DNA of 45,909 nt, from contig JBBQXJ010000035.1 of NCBI GenBank assembly GCA_038209745.1, positions 1-45,909 on the forward strand, in the 5' to 3' direction. Source of the stretch: Verrucomicrobiota bacterium. Lineage in GTDB: Bacteria; Verrucomicrobiota; Verrucomicrobiia; Limisphaerales; CANJSG01. Of this stretch, positions 15,932-26,348 are shown in pieces. The first letter of the stretch is position 1, and every line of letters begins with the position of its first letter. Under the pieces are notes generated by a model. It made no database searches. It had not been told where the DNA came from and saw only the letters and a list, made by a program, of their open reading frames with translations. Made by a program: the position numbers and the translations under genes.

Positions 15932-18499
15932 CTATTTGTTCAAGAACAGGTCGCTTTGCACGAGGCCATGGATCAATGACCGCACGCCGTAGCCTTCGCT
16001 TCGGACTTTCTGCAAAATCTTTTCCACTTCGGGCCGGTCCGAGAACCGGATCGGGGCGCCGGTGGCGTAGACCGTCAGCTGCCGCAGTAGGTTCCGCGCC
16101 AATTGATCGTCGTCCCGGACCAGGCACTGCTTGAGCTGCCGCACATCGGCGAATTTCTGCCCGTCCGGCAGTTCGCCGCTAGGATCCACCGGCTGGCCGA
16201 GGCCGAAGTGGAAGATCAGGCCGTTGTGTCCACTGCCCTTGACCGGCTCCACCTTGCCCACGGCCCGGTAACGGTCGCGCCAGCCACCCATGACATCGAA
16301 GCTCTCCAGGGCGAATCCGGCGGGGTCGATGTTGCGGTGGCAGGCGTTGCAGGTCTCCTGCGAACGATGCTTCGCGAGCTGTTCCCGGATGGTGGTGGCG
16401 CCCCGGATGTCGGGCTCGACGGCGGGCACGCTCGCGGGCGGCGGCGGCGGCGGACGGCCCAGGATCCGCCCCATGATCCAAGCACCGCGTTTCACGGGTG
16501 AAGTGGTGGTGCCGTTTGCCGTCACCTTCAGCACGCTGGCCTGGGTCATCAATCCACCGCGGACGCTGCCCGGCGGCAGCTGGACTTCGCGGATCGCCAC
16601 GCCGTCCACGCCGGGGATGCCATACAGCGTGGCCAGCCTCTCGTTCAACATGGCGAAGCCGGACTCCACCAAGTTGGTCACGTTCAGATTCCTCCTCACA
16701 AGTTGCCGGAAGAACTGCTGGGTCTCGTCGGTCATGGATTCGACCAGCAGATCGTCGAGCTGATAGTCGGGGTAGAGCTCGGTGTCGGGCGCGGTGTTGG
16801 CGATGCCGCGGAGATCGAGCCAATAGTCGAGGAACGACCGGACGAACCGCTCGGACTTCGGATCATCCAACAGCCGCTCGGTCTGGGACCGCAGCACCTC
16901 GGGCCGATGAAGCAGGCCGCGCTGCGCCATCTCACGCAGCGGCGCGTCGGGTTCGGAATCGATGAGGAAGTAGGACAGCCGTTCGGCCAGGGCCAGATCG
17001 TCGAGCCGACCCGGTTGATGTTCGTTCAAATAGAGAAACCCGGGCGAACAGAGCACCGCCGTGTAGCCCGCCAACATCGATTCCGTGAAGCCGTGCCCGC
17101 CCTTCATCGCTCCGGTGACGACGCCAAGAATCCGTTCCACGTCCGCATCCCTCGGCGGCACACGGTAGGCGTGCTGCATGAAGTTCTGCAGCAGCCGCTC
17201 CGCATCCCGCTCCGGATTCTTCGGGACGACCGAGACGCCTTCCCTGACCTTGGCCCGGCCGAAGCCGCGGACCTTGGGATCGTCCTCCATCGGCAGATCG
17301 CCGAAGAGCAGCTGCTGTCCCGCCGGCGGCCATTCATCGATCAAAGGCCCCTCGACGTCCATCCACTGGAAGGCCACGCCCGGCATTCCTTCCGGCGTCG
17401 TCAACGGATTCCGAAAATCCGGCGGGCGGGCCCGATGCAGCCGGGCGGCATCCGGCCGGACCGTCTCCCCGGCCAGCAGCCAGACGTCCATTTCCCGGAC
17501 CGTGGGATCGGCCCCGACATCGAAGCTGCCCAGCTTCCGGAGAATCCGCGGCGGCGTGTCGGAATAGATCGTCACCGGCTCCGCTCGCCGGCCCTTGGTC
17601 ACTTCCGTGAACTTGGGGTCGATCCAAAAACTGAAGCCCGAGAACCGCAGACGATAGCGGCCCGCCACCGGGGCGCGGAAGCGGCCGAAACGGATCTCGG
17701 TCGGTTCATAGGTGCTGACCACGACACCCATCGCCTCCTTGTTCTTTCGTTCGACGTCCCGGTTCTCGGGGCGTTTTGGATTCTCGGCCTCGGTCAGGTC
17801 GCGTTGCAGCTCCAGGCCGATCATCGGCCAAGTGCGGCGTTCCTTGGGACCGCCCAGTTTGATCGCTCCGAAGAATTCTCCCTGGTCCCACGCATAGAAA
17901 CGGTTCGTCGTCGTCTGGGGCCGCGCCACCTGCGGCGCCATCGCCGTTTGCAGCGCGAATTCCGCCGCGCCCAAATATCGCGCCATCTGCACATAGGAGA
18001 CGTCCAGCGCGTCGCCGACCTTGTTGAAGCCGTGGGCCACGGTGTCTTCCGGCAGGAAATCCTTCACCTCCAGATACGGGACTCCCAGGAGATCGCGGAG
18101 CGTGTCCTCGTATTCGTAGCGGTTCAGCCGGCGCTGCACCGCGCGGCCCTGTTCTGCGGTCTGCGTGCGCTCGAAGCGCACCAGGTCGTCGGTCAGTTCG
18201 TGGGTGAACCGTCCCCGCTCCTCCGGCGCCGGCTGGCTCTTCTTCTTCGGCGGCGGCATTTCGCCGGAGGAAACTTTGTCGTGCACCGCGACCCAGGTCT
18301 CAAATTCCTTCGGGGACGCGAGGTCGAACTTCAGGGCTGTTAGGTCGAGACCGCCCTTCTTGCCGTCGGCGTCGTGGCAATCGAAGCAGTGTTCCTCCAG
18401 AAAGACACCCACGGGCTTCGGCACCGCCGCTTCGACGCCTCCCCCCCACGCGCAACCCACGAAGGCTAGGAACCAATACAACTGTGGTGAAGGCTTCAT
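15932..18499 (-). CDS. DUF1592/DUF1588-family planctomycete-type cytochrome c domain protein
   Basis: Probable start ATG 18499; CFDCH and CNACH heme motifs, [44 protein letters not shown]. Confidence 0.92.
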   Translation of the reverse strand: MKPSPQLYWFLAFVGCAWGGGVEAAVPKPVGVFLEEHCFDCHDADGKKGGLDLTALKFDLASPKEFETWVAVHDKVSSGEMPPPKKKSQPAPEERGRFTHELTDDLVRFERTQTAEQGRAVQRRLNRYEYEDTLRDLLGVPYLEVKDFLPEDTVAHGFNKVGDALDVSYVQMARYLGAAEFALQTAMAPQVARPQTTTNRFYAWDQGEFFGAIKLGGPKERRTWPMIGLELQRDLTEAENPKRPENRDVERKNKEAMGVVVSTYEPTEIRFGRFRAPVAGRYRLRFSGFSFWIDPKFTEVTKGRRAEPVTIYSDTPPRILRKLGSFDVGADPTVREMDVWLLAGETVRPDAARLHRARPPDFRNPLTTPEGMPGVAFQWMDVEGPLIDEWPPAGQQLLFGDLPMEDDPKVRGFGRAKVREGVSVVPKNPERDAERLLQNFMQHAYRVPPRDADVERILGVVTGAMKGGHGFTESMLAGYTAVLCSPGFLYLNEHQPGRLDDLALAERLSYFLIDSEPDAPLREMAQRGLLHRPEVLRSQTERLLDDPKSERFVRSFLDYWLDLRGIANTAPDTELYPDYQLDDLLVESMTDETQQFFRQLVRRNLNVTNLVESGFAMLNERLATLYGIPGVDGVAIREVQLPPGSVRGGLMTQASVLKVTANGTTTSPVKRGAWIMGRILGRPPPPPPASVPAVEPDIRGATTIREQLAKHRSQETCNACHRNIDPAGFALESFDVMGGWRDRYRAVGKVEPVKGSGHNGLIFHFGLGQPVDPSGELPDGQKFADVRQLKQCLVRDDDQLARNLLRQLTVYATGAPIRFSDRPEVEKILQKVRSEGYGVRSLIHGLVQSDLFLNK

Positions 18500-18544
18500 C
18501 AGGGCTGCCACTAAAAGAATCTCCGACCCCGGAAACATCAAGTC

Positions 18545-19036
18545 TCAAGGCCCGAAACCCTCCGATCCAAAACGGCGCCCGCACGCGATCGACAACACGC
18601 CAAGCTCGATCCAGAAAGACTCAGCCCGCCACGCCACAAAGCGCTCGGTCAGACGCCAAACTCCGGCTCGGTTCAACTTTGGCCGCAGCTTCAAGAGCAG
18701 CTCCGCTTCCCTCGACCACGCCGCCGTTTCGTCTTCGCATTCCTCTAACACGATGGATCCCACAAGGTGAACAAGCCGAAGAATCCGGCGCGGCATCCGG
18801 TCGGGATTGGCCACGCGATACGAGCACAGTCTCTGGCGCAGGCTCTTGGCCTTGCCGATGTAGCGAATGGATCCAGCCCGACTCCTCAAAAAATAGACGC
18901 CGGGGCCAGCCGGTAAGGCACGGAAGGACTCCCTCCCCGGCTTCTCCACAAAAGGCTGCGGATCAGGGCCACGCGCGGGATTGAACGACTCACGCCCGGA
19001 CAAAAGCGGTCCAAGTTTGGCGAAGCCTTCCCGCAC
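18545..19036 (-). CDS. GIY-YIG nuclease domain (UvrC N-terminal-like), possibly degenerate; start uncertain
   Basis: LPAGPGVYFLR..IRYIGKAKSLRQRLCSY..REAELLLKLRPKLN. Confidence 0.7.
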   Translation of the reverse strand: MREGFAKLGPLLSGRESFNPARGPDPQPFVEKPGRESFRALPAGPGVYFLRSRAGSIRYIGKAKSLRQRLCSYRVANPDRMPRRILRLVHLVGSIVLEECEDETAAWSREAELLLKLRPKLNRAGVWRLTERFVAWRAESFWIELGVLSIACGRRFGSEGFGP

Positions 19037-19038
19037 GG

Positions 19039-19824
19039 CTATTTCAGCAACCCGACTGGCGGCACGTAGCCCTTGTGCCACTCGAAGTTGACCAGGATCC
19101 GCTCCAGCCGGGCGTTCTCCACATGGCCGTCCACGCAGGCGACGTTGATGGAGGCATCTTTGACCGTGGGCCGGCCTCCATGTCGGGCGATCGCGACGCG
19201 ACCAAGAGAGGAACCCGGGTCTCCGGACTGAAGCGCGGTCGGAGTGGTCGCGGCCTTGTCCGTCGCCGTCAGCCAAAAGTCGGGCCAGATCGCATCCGTG
19301 AAATTCGGGGTCCGGGTCGGGTTGCCGACCCCTGAATCCGAGAGGAAATACTTCGGCTTGTCCGGCACCCACTGGGACGCGCCTTCGTAGGAATAGAGCC
19401 AGCCGTTGATCGCATAGGATCCCAGATAGCGGGGATTCGAACCCCAGGACCAGGCGATCTTGGCGGTGCCCGCCTTGGTCCCCGTCGGCAGCGGATTGGG
19501 TTCCGTGGTCGAGGGACAGACCCGCACCGCACCCACGTTGGCGTAATAGGTGATCAGGGTCTTCATCCACAGATTGTTAACGTCGCTGTAGCCGATCGAT
19601 TTCCCGAAATCCTGCTGATACATCAGGCCGGCGAGGGCGATCTGCTTCAGGTTGCTCACGCACTTGATCTGCTGCGCCTTGGCTTTTGAGCGGGACAACG
19701 CGGGCAGCAGCATGCCCGCGAGGATCGCGATGATGGCGATCACCACGAGAAGCTCGATGAGGGTGAAGCCGCTCGCTTTCCGAGGTCCGCCAGCGGTGGA
19801 CTGATTGGGTTCTATTTGCTTCAT
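19039..19824 (-). CDS. Prepilin-type N-terminal cleavage/methylation protein with H-X9-DG-like C-terminus
   Basis: [48 protein letters not shown]; probable start ATG 19824. Confidence 0.92.
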   Translation of the reverse strand: MKQIEPNQSTAGGPRKASGFTLIELLVVIAIIAILAGMLLPALSRSKAKAQQIKCVSNLKQIALAGLMYQQDFGKSIGYSDVNNLWMKTLITYYANVGAVRVCPSTTEPNPLPTGTKAGTAKIAWSWGSNPRYLGSYAINGWLYSYEGASQWVPDKPKYFLSDSGVGNPTRTPNFTDAIWPDFWLTATDKAATTPTALQSGDPGSSLGRVAIARHGGRPTVKDASINVACVDGHVENARLERILVNFEWHKGYVPPVGLLK

Positions 19825-19855
19825 GCGCTTTTGCCCATCAAACCGAAATCCAGGG

Positions 19856-20031
19856 TTCGAAGGCACGGTTGATTGTCTGCACAGCCCCGAATTGATCAGA
19901 ACGCCCTTACACCGCTCCTTCGCTACGCCAAGAGCTGCAGCCACCATCATCTGCCAATTCTTCACGTGGACACGATCGCGCACGCCGGCGTGGCTGAATC
20001 CATCGGCGAAGATCATCAACGTGCCTTCGAA
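19856..20031. repeat. Imperfect 17-18 bp inverted repeat pair in the divergent intergenic region
   Basis: TTCGAAGGCACGGTTGAT (19856-19873) versus reverse complement of ATCAACGTGCCTTCGAA (20015-20031); identical except one indel. Confidence 0.55.
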
Positions 20032-20171
20032 TCACCACCGAGGACTCCGGAGCCCTGTTCCTCCAGCCGGGTCAGGCTTGGGCCATCCAACCCCCAGCCT
20101 TGGCCGGTGGTGTCGACGACCCGTTCAATTGACTGGGAAAGCCAAACCAGCTGACATGGTCGCCGACGCGC

Positions 20172-20921
20172 ATGCATCAAGCCTCCGGAAGTTCAAAACC
20201 ATCGGTGCTCCTTCTCGACCTCTACGAATGGTCCGACGCCTACCCTCCGTCCAACCCGCTCCGCAACGTCCGTGGCTGGTTCGCCAGGCATCTGCCGGTC
20301 GGCGACACGATCGAGCTGACCACCGCCGGGGTGAAGGACGACATGCTCGCCGCGGCGCAAGGCGCGGCGGGAGTGGTCATCAGCGGTTCACCGCGCGACG
20401 CGTGGGTGGACGATCCGATCAACGACCGCGTGATCCAGGTGATCGAGCACTGCCGCGCCACCGGCACCCCGCTGTTGGGCGTTTGCTACGGGCATCAGAT
20501 TCTCGGAAAGGTGCTGAAAGCGAAAGTGGGCCGCCATCCCGGCGGCTACGAGCTGGGCAACGTCGAGGTCGAACTGACCGACGCCGGTTCCGCCTGTCCG
20601 CTCTTCGAAGGATTGCCGCAAAAGCTGACCGTGATGGAGAGCCATCAGGACGCCGTCCTCGAAGTCCCGGAAGGGGCGCGGCTCCTCGCCTCGGGCCGCC
20701 ACACCGCCGTCCAGGCGTTCGAATTCGGCGGCAACTTCTTGGCCATCCAGTTCCACCCCGAGATGAGCCCGGAGGTCCTGCAGTTCGTCTGGGGCGAGCC
20801 GCGGCGAGCCCTCTGGCGGCCGAAGCTGCCGTTCGACTTGGACGAACGGCTCGCCGGGCTCCGACCCAATCCGGAGGCCACCCGCATCTTCGGCAATTTC
20901 ATCAAGCACTACGTCCTATGA
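20172..20921 (+). CDS. Class I glutamine amidotransferase-like protein (putative gamma-glutamyl hydrolase)
   Basis: VISGSP, LGVCYGHQ nucleophile, SHQD, QFHPE triad motif. Confidence 0.9.
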   Translation: MHQASGSSKPSVLLLDLYEWSDAYPPSNPLRNVRGWFARHLPVGDTIELTTAGVKDDMLAAAQGAAGVVISGSPRDAWVDDPINDRVIQVIEHCRATGTPLLGVCYGHQILGKVLKAKVGRHPGGYELGNVEVELTDAGSACPLFEGLPQKLTVMESHQDAVLEVPEGARLLASGRHTAVQAFEFGGNFLAIQFHPEMSPEVLQFVWGEPRRALWRPKLPFDLDERLAGLRPNPEATRIFGNFIKHYVL

Positions 20922-22072
20922 CCCGCACGTCCTTCTCGTTCCCCACTCCCACCCGGTTCGGTGCCGGCGTCATCGACGAACTGCCCCAGCACCTCAAGAA
21001 GCTCGGCATCCAGCGCCCGCTCGTCGTGACGGACGCCGGCCTCGTCCAGACCGAGGCCTTCCGCCTTCTGGAGAAGGCGCTGGGCGCAGACGGCCGAGGC
21101 AGCCGTTGGCATCTCTACTCGGGCGTGCATCCAAACCCGATCGAGGCCGACGTGCGCGAACCGGCGGCGCTGTTTCTGAAGGGAGGGTGCGACGGCGTCA
21201 TCGCCATCGGGGGCGGCAGCGCGCTCGATGCCGGCAAGGCCGCCCGCCTTCTCGTGAAGCGGCCCGGTTTCGATCTGGCGACGTTCTACGCCGAGAAGGA
21301 CTGGTCCGGACTCGCACCCTGCATCGCCATTCCCACCACGGCGGGCACCGGCAGCGAAATGGGCCGCAGCAGCGTGATCACCCTCGATGGGACCAGGCGC
21401 AAGGCCGTGCTCTTCCATCCCGAGCTGATGGCGAAGCTCGTCCTGCTCGATCCCGAACTCACCGTCGGCCTGCCTCCAAAACTCACCGCCGCCACCGGTG
21501 CCGACGCGTTGACCCATTGCATCGAGAGCTTCACCTGCCCGGTGTTCCACCCGATGTGCGACGGCATCGCGCTCGAAGGCATCCATCTCATCGTCGATGC
21601 GCTTCCGCGCGCGTTTCGCGACGGCAAGGACATCGAGGCTCGCGGCCAGATGCTGGTCGCTGCCGGCATGGGCGCCGTCGCGTTTCAAAAGGATCTCGGC
21701 GTCGTGCATTCGCTCGCGCACCCGCTCTCCACGCTCTGCGGGATGCACCACGGTTTGGCCAACGCGCTGTGTCTGGTGGCCAGCATGAAGTTCTGCGCGG
21801 CGCGCAAGCCCGGCCTCTATCGCCGCGTCGGCATCGCCTGCGGACTGGACCTGTTGAAGTGCTCCGACGCCGAGGCCGACACGCTAACCATCGCGTTCAT
21901 CGGGGCATTCCTCGGCTCCTTGAATCTCAACCAACGGCTGCGCGAACACGGCGTTCAGGAATCCACGCTCGACGCCCTCGTCGAACAGGCCTGGGCCGAT
22001 CCGTGCCATCAGACCAACGCCGTGCCGGTCACGGCCGATGACCTCCGTTCGCTCTATCTCGAAGTGCTATGA
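20918..22072 (+). CDS. Iron-containing alcohol dehydrogenase
   Basis: Start ATG 20918 (ATGA overlap); IGGGSALDAGK, PTTAGTGSE, DALTHCIE, HSLAH, HHGLANA. Confidence 0.93.
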   Translation: MTRTSFSFPTPTRFGAGVIDELPQHLKKLGIQRPLVVTDAGLVQTEAFRLLEKALGADGRGSRWHLYSGVHPNPIEADVREPAALFLKGGCDGVIAIGGGSALDAGKAARLLVKRPGFDLATFYAEKDWSGLAPCIAIPTTAGTGSEMGRSSVITLDGTRRKAVLFHPELMAKLVLLDPELTVGLPPKLTAATGADALTHCIESFTCPVFHPMCDGIALEGIHLIVDALPRAFRDGKDIEARGQMLVAAGMGAVAFQKDLGVVHSLAHPLSTLCGMHHGLANALCLVASMKFCAARKPGLYRRVGIACGLDLLKCSDAEADTLTIAFIGAFLGSLNLNQRLREHGVQESTLDALVEQAWADPCHQTNAVPVTADDLRSLYLEVL

Positions 22073-23496
22073 ACCTGCCCCACCAACCCTTCGTCGACGG
22101 CGCCTATCAAGCCGCCGCCGGCAAGCCCGCCACCCTGGTCAATCCGGCCACTGAAGAAAGCGTCGTCGAGGTCTCGGGCGCGGACGTCGATCTGGCGAAC
22201 CGCGCGGTGGAATCCGCGCAACAAGCGTGGGAAAACGGCTGGCGCGATCTCGCTCCCGGCAAGCGCACCGAGATCCTGTTCAACGTCGCCCGCTCGCTGC
22301 GCGAGCACGTCGAGGAGATCGCCCAGTTGGAGGTGCTTCAGATCGGCAAGCCCATCGCCGACGCCCGCGACGAAGCCGGACTGGGCGCGCGCGTCTTCGA
22401 GTATTACGCCGGCGCGATCACGAAGTTCTGCGGGCAGACCATTCCCGTGTCGCGCGGCGGCTTCGACTTCACCCTGCGCGAATCGATGGGCGTGGTCGCG
22501 GCCATCGTGCCGTGGAACTTTCCATTCCCCATCGCCTGCTGGAAGGCCGCGCCCGCCTTGGCCGCGGGCAACTGCGTCATCCTGAAGCCGGCTTCGCTCT
22601 CGCCGATGACCGCGCTGAAGCTGGGCGAACTGGCCCACGCCGCCGGTCTGCCGCCAGGAGTGCTCCAAATCCTGCCGGGCTCGGGCGCCTCAATCGGTGA
22701 CGCGCTGGTGACCCATCCGCTCATCCGGAAGGTCTCCTTCACCGGCTCCACCGAGATCGGCCGTCACATCATGTCGCTGGCCTCGCACGACCTGAAACGC
22801 ATCTCGCTCGAGCTGGGCGGCAAATCCCCGAACATCGTCTTCGCCGATTCGGATTGGGACCGCGCCGCCGAGTGTTCGCCCATGAGCGTCTTCGCCAACA
22901 CCGGCCAGGATTGCTGCGCGCGCAGCCGCATGTTCGTCGAACGCAGCGTCTACGAAGGATTCGTCGAGAAGTTCGTCGCCGCCACCAAGCAACTCGTCGT
23001 CGGCGATCCGGCGAAGGACGCGACCCAGATCGGGCCGCTGGTCTCGGCGGGCCAGCGCGATTCGGTCGAAGCGTTCCTGAGCGACGCGCGCCAGCGTGGC
23101 AGCCGGTTCGCCTGCGGCGGCAATCGCCCGTTTGCCAAGGGCTACTATCTCGAACCGACGGTCCTGCTCGACGTGGACAAGCAGGACCGCTGCTGGAAGC
23201 AGGAGATCTTCGGGCCCGTGGTCGCGATCACCCCGTTCGACGACGAAGCCCAGATGATCCGCGACGTCAACGCGTCGCCCTATGGTCTGAGCGCCTCGAT
23301 CTGGACCCACAACCTGTCCCGTGCCATTCGCGTCAGTCGCGCCGTGCAGAGCGGCGTTCTCAGCGTGAACTCGCACAGCAGCGTCCATGTCGAGGCCCCG
23401 TTCGGCGGTTACAAGACCAGCGGCATCGGCCGCGATCTCGGCATGGCCGCCATGGAGGGCTACACCGAGCTCAAGAACATCTACATCGCTCCCTGA
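22069..23496 (+). CDS. NAD(P)-dependent aldehyde dehydrogenase
   Basis: IVPWNFP, FTGSTEIG, LELGGKSP, GQDCCA, EIFGPV, PFGGYKTSGIGR. Confidence 0.95.
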   Translation: MNLPHQPFVDGAYQAAAGKPATLVNPATEESVVEVSGADVDLANRAVESAQQAWENGWRDLAPGKRTEILFNVARSLREHVEEIAQLEVLQIGKPIADARDEAGLGARVFEYYAGAITKFCGQTIPVSRGGFDFTLRESMGVVAAIVPWNFPFPIACWKAAPALAAGNCVILKPASLSPMTALKLGELAHAAGLPPGVLQILPGSGASIGDALVTHPLIRKVSFTGSTEIGRHIMSLASHDLKRISLELGGKSPNIVFADSDWDRAAECSPMSVFANTGQDCCARSRMFVERSVYEGFVEKFVAATKQLVVGDPAKDATQIGPLVSAGQRDSVEAFLSDARQRGSRFACGGNRPFAKGYYLEPTVLLDVDKQDRCWKQEIFGPVVAITPFDDEAQMIRDVNASPYGLSASIWTHNLSRAIRVSRAVQSGVLSVNSHSSVHVEAPFGGYKTSGIGRDLGMAAMEGYTELKNIYIAP

Positions 23497-23526
23497 TCCT
23501 CGGCACCGACCACCGCAGCAAGGCCC

Positions 23527-24873
23527 ATGAAACTCACCGAACTCAAATCCCAGGTCAAAGCGGGCACCATCGACACCGTCATCGTGGCGTTTCCCGACCA
23601 GTTCGGCCGGCTCCTGGGCAAACGGTTCACGGCCTCCCACTTCCTCGATTCCGCGCTCAAGGACGGCACCCACGCCTGCAACTACCTGCTCACGGTGAAC
23701 CTCGACATGGATCCGCTCACCGGGTTCAAGGTCGCCAACTGGGAAACCGGTTTCGGTGATTTCGAGATGCGGCCCGATCTGTCGACCCTCTGCGTCCTGC
23801 CCTGGCAGACGGCGACCGCGCTGGTGGTCTGCGACTTCCTGCTGCACGACGGCAAGCCGGTCGCGGAAGCGCCGCGCTCGGTTCTCGCGCGGCAACTGGC
23901 CCGCTTGGACAAGGACGGGCTCACCTGTTTCTGCGCCAGCGAGCTGGAATTCTTCCTCTTCAACCAGACCTCCCACGAGGCGTTCGAAGGCGGCTACCGC
24001 GACCTCAAACCGTCCAGCGACTACCGCATCGACTACCACGTCATGCAGCCGACGCGGGACGAGCCGCTGATGCGCGCCATCCGCAACGGCATGATGACCG
24101 CCGGCATCCCGATCGAGAACAGCAAGGGCGAATGGAGCCGCGGCCAGCACGAGATCAACTTCCGCTACACCACGCCCCTCGAAATGGCCGACCGCCATGT
24201 GGTCTTCAAGCAGGGCGTGAAGGAGATCGCCGAACAGTTCGGCAAGTCCGTCTCGTTCATGGCGAAATATGCGGCCGCCGAAGCGGGCAGTTCCTGCCAC
24301 CTGCACATGAGCCTTTGGAAGGGCGGCAAGAGCCTGTTCTGGGACGCCAAGAAAAAGGCGGGCTCGACGCTGTTCCGTCAGTTCCTCGGCGGACTGCTGA
24401 AGTATTCGCCGGAGTTCTCGCTGTTCTTCGCGCCGACGATCAACAGCTACAAACGCTACCAGCCGGGCAGTTGGGCCCCCACGCGCATGGCCTGGTCCAC
24501 GGACAATCGCACGACGGGCTTTCGCATCGTCGGCCACGGTAATTCGTATCGGATCGAGAACCGGATGCCGGGCGCGGACGCCAACCCGTATCTCGCCTTC
24601 GCCGCGATGCTCGCCGCCGGTTTGGCCGGCATCGAAGAAGGACTCGATTGCGGGGACGAATATCGCGGCAACGCCTACGTGGACCAGAGTCTCGCGAAAC
24701 TGCCGTCCAGCCTGCGCGAAGCCGCTGATCTGCTGGAAGGATCCACTCTGGCGAAGTCGGCCCTGGGCGAAGCGGTCGTCGAGTTCTACGTGCGCCACGC
24801 CCGGATCGAACACCAGGCTTTCAGCGACGCGGTCACCGACTGGGAACGCGTGCGCTACTTCGAGCGGATCTGA
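23527..24873 (+). CDS. Glutamine synthetase-like gamma-glutamyl-amine ligase (GlnA4/PuuA-like)
   Basis: GRLLGKR, ELEFFLF, GQHEIN, GSSCHLHMSL, NSYKRYQPGSWAP, DNRT, RIENRMPGADANPYL. Confidence 0.9.
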   Translation: MKLTELKSQVKAGTIDTVIVAFPDQFGRLLGKRFTASHFLDSALKDGTHACNYLLTVNLDMDPLTGFKVANWETGFGDFEMRPDLSTLCVLPWQTATALVVCDFLLHDGKPVAEAPRSVLARQLARLDKDGLTCFCASELEFFLFNQTSHEAFEGGYRDLKPSSDYRIDYHVMQPTRDEPLMRAIRNGMMTAGIPIENSKGEWSRGQHEINFRYTTPLEMADRHVVFKQGVKEIAEQFGKSVSFMAKYAAAEAGSSCHLHMSLWKGGKSLFWDAKKKAGSTLFRQFLGGLLKYSPEFSLFFAPTINSYKRYQPGSWAPTRMAWSTDNRTTGFRIVGHGNSYRIENRMPGADANPYLAFAAMLAAGLAGIEEGLDCGDEYRGNAYVDQSLAKLPSSLREAADLLEGSTLAKSALGEAVVEFYVRHARIEHQAFSDAVTDWERVRYFERI

Positions 24874-24964
24874 GCGCGCCAAGGATTTCATTTCCCGTCT
24901 CACGCTCGACTCCGGGGCACGACAGGCTTGCGACATCGGGTCGGCGCTGGCACAGAGACTCCGC

Positions 24965-26332
24965 GTGAATCCAATCGTCCCACCCGCCCGCATTCTCATC
25001 GCCGACGACCAGACGGACGTCCGCGAGGCGCTGCGGCTGCTGGTCAAGGGAGAGGGCCATTCCTGTCGGACCGTCACGTCCCCGCAGGCCGTTCTCCAAG
25101 CCATGGCGGAAGAGGACTTCGACCTCGCGCTGCTCGATCTGAACTACGCGCGCGACACCACTTCCGGGCAGGAAGGGCTGGATCTCCTGGCCCGCATCCA
25201 GTCGGTCGATCCCACCTTGCCGGTCGTGGTCATGACGGCCTGGGGCAGCGTGGAACTGGCGGTGGAAGCCATGCGGCGCGGCGCGCGGGACTTCGTGCAG
25301 AAGCCCTGGGAGAACGATCGTTTGGCGGCGATTCTCCGGAACCAGACCGCCCTCGGTCGCTCCCTCCGCAAAGAACAGCGCCTCGAAGCCGAGAACCTTC
25401 TCCTGCGCGGCGCCGGTCCCAAGGCCATCGCCGAGTCGGCGGCGATGCAGCCCGTTCTCGAACTCGTTTCACGGGTCGGCCCGTCGGATGCCAATGTGCT
25501 GATCCTGGGCGAAAACGGGTCCGGCAAGGGGTTGGTCGCGCGCCTGCTCCATGCGGCTTCGCTTCGCGCCGGAAAGCCTTTCGTCTCGGTGAACATGGGC
25601 GGCTTCTCGGAGGGCGTTTTCGAGAGCGAGCTCTTCGGCCATGTGAAGGGCGCCTTCACCGACGCCAAGTCGGACCGCGTCGGCCGTTTCGAACTGGCGG
25701 ACGGCGGCACGCTCTTCTTGGACGAGATCGCCAACCTCGCTTCCAACCAGCAGACCCGGCTGCTTCGGGTGCTGGAGACCGGCGAGTTCGAGCGCGTCGG
25801 ATCGTCCCGCACGCGCCGGTCGGACGTCCGGATCCTCGCAGCCACGAACGCCGACGTGCGGGCCGAAGTCGCGGCGGGCCGCTTTCGCCAGGACCTGCTG
25901 TTCCGCCTCAATACCATCGAGATTCCGCTGCCTCCGTTGCGCGACCGGCTGGAGGACATCCCCCTGCTCGCCCGGCACTTTCTCGCGGAGCGTGCGCGGC
26001 GCTACCGCAAGTCCATCGAGGGCTTCGAGCCCGCCGCGCTCCGGTCGCTGCTCGATCACCCGTGGCCCGGAAACGTCCGCGAACTCGACCATGTGATCGA
26101 GCGCGCGGTGCTCATGTCGCGCGGCCCCATGATCGCGGCGAACGATCTGGGCCTGCGCCGCGCTGCTCCCGAAGTTTCTCCCCGCTTGGAAGACATGAGT
26201 TTGGAGGAGGTCGAAGCCTGCCTCATCCGCAAGACGCTGGCCCGGTTCGACGGCAACGCCCAAAAGGCCGCCGAGGCCCTCGGCCTGAGTCGGAGCGCGT
26301 TCTATCGTCGACTCGAGAAGCACAAGAGCTGA
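24965..26332 (+). CDS. Sigma-54-dependent response regulator (NtrC family)
   Basis: Receiver domain, GENGSGK, SELFGHVKGAFTDA, GTLFLDEI, FRQDLLFRLN, WPGNVREL, C-terminal Fis-type HTH. Confidence 0.96.
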   Translation: MNPIVPPARILIADDQTDVREALRLLVKGEGHSCRTVTSPQAVLQAMAEEDFDLALLDLNYARDTTSGQEGLDLLARIQSVDPTLPVVVMTAWGSVELAVEAMRRGARDFVQKPWENDRLAAILRNQTALGRSLRKEQRLEAENLLLRGAGPKAIAESAAMQPVLELVSRVGPSDANVLILGENGSGKGLVARLLHAASLRAGKPFVSVNMGGFSEGVFESELFGHVKGAFTDAKSDRVGRFELADGGTLFLDEIANLASNQQTRLLRVLETGEFERVGSSRTRRSDVRILAATNADVRAEVAAGRFRQDLLFRLNTIEIPLPPLRDRLEDIPLLARHFLAERARRYRKSIEGFEPAALRSLLDHPWPGNVRELDHVIERAVLMSRGPMIAANDLGLRRAAPEVSPRLEDMSLEEVEACLIRKTLARFDGNAQKAAEALGLSRSAFYRRLEKHKS

Positions 26333-26348
26333 CCTCCGGCCCCACGCT

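Noticed and set aside
19805..22072. 755-aa ORF
   Set aside because: The first 371 codons overlap the intergenic region and the GATase gene in another frame; the ADH begins at 20918.
24910..24964. Sigma-54 promoter before the response regulator (GGCACG.., TGGCAC..)
   Set aside because: Neither site has GG-N10-GC spacing.
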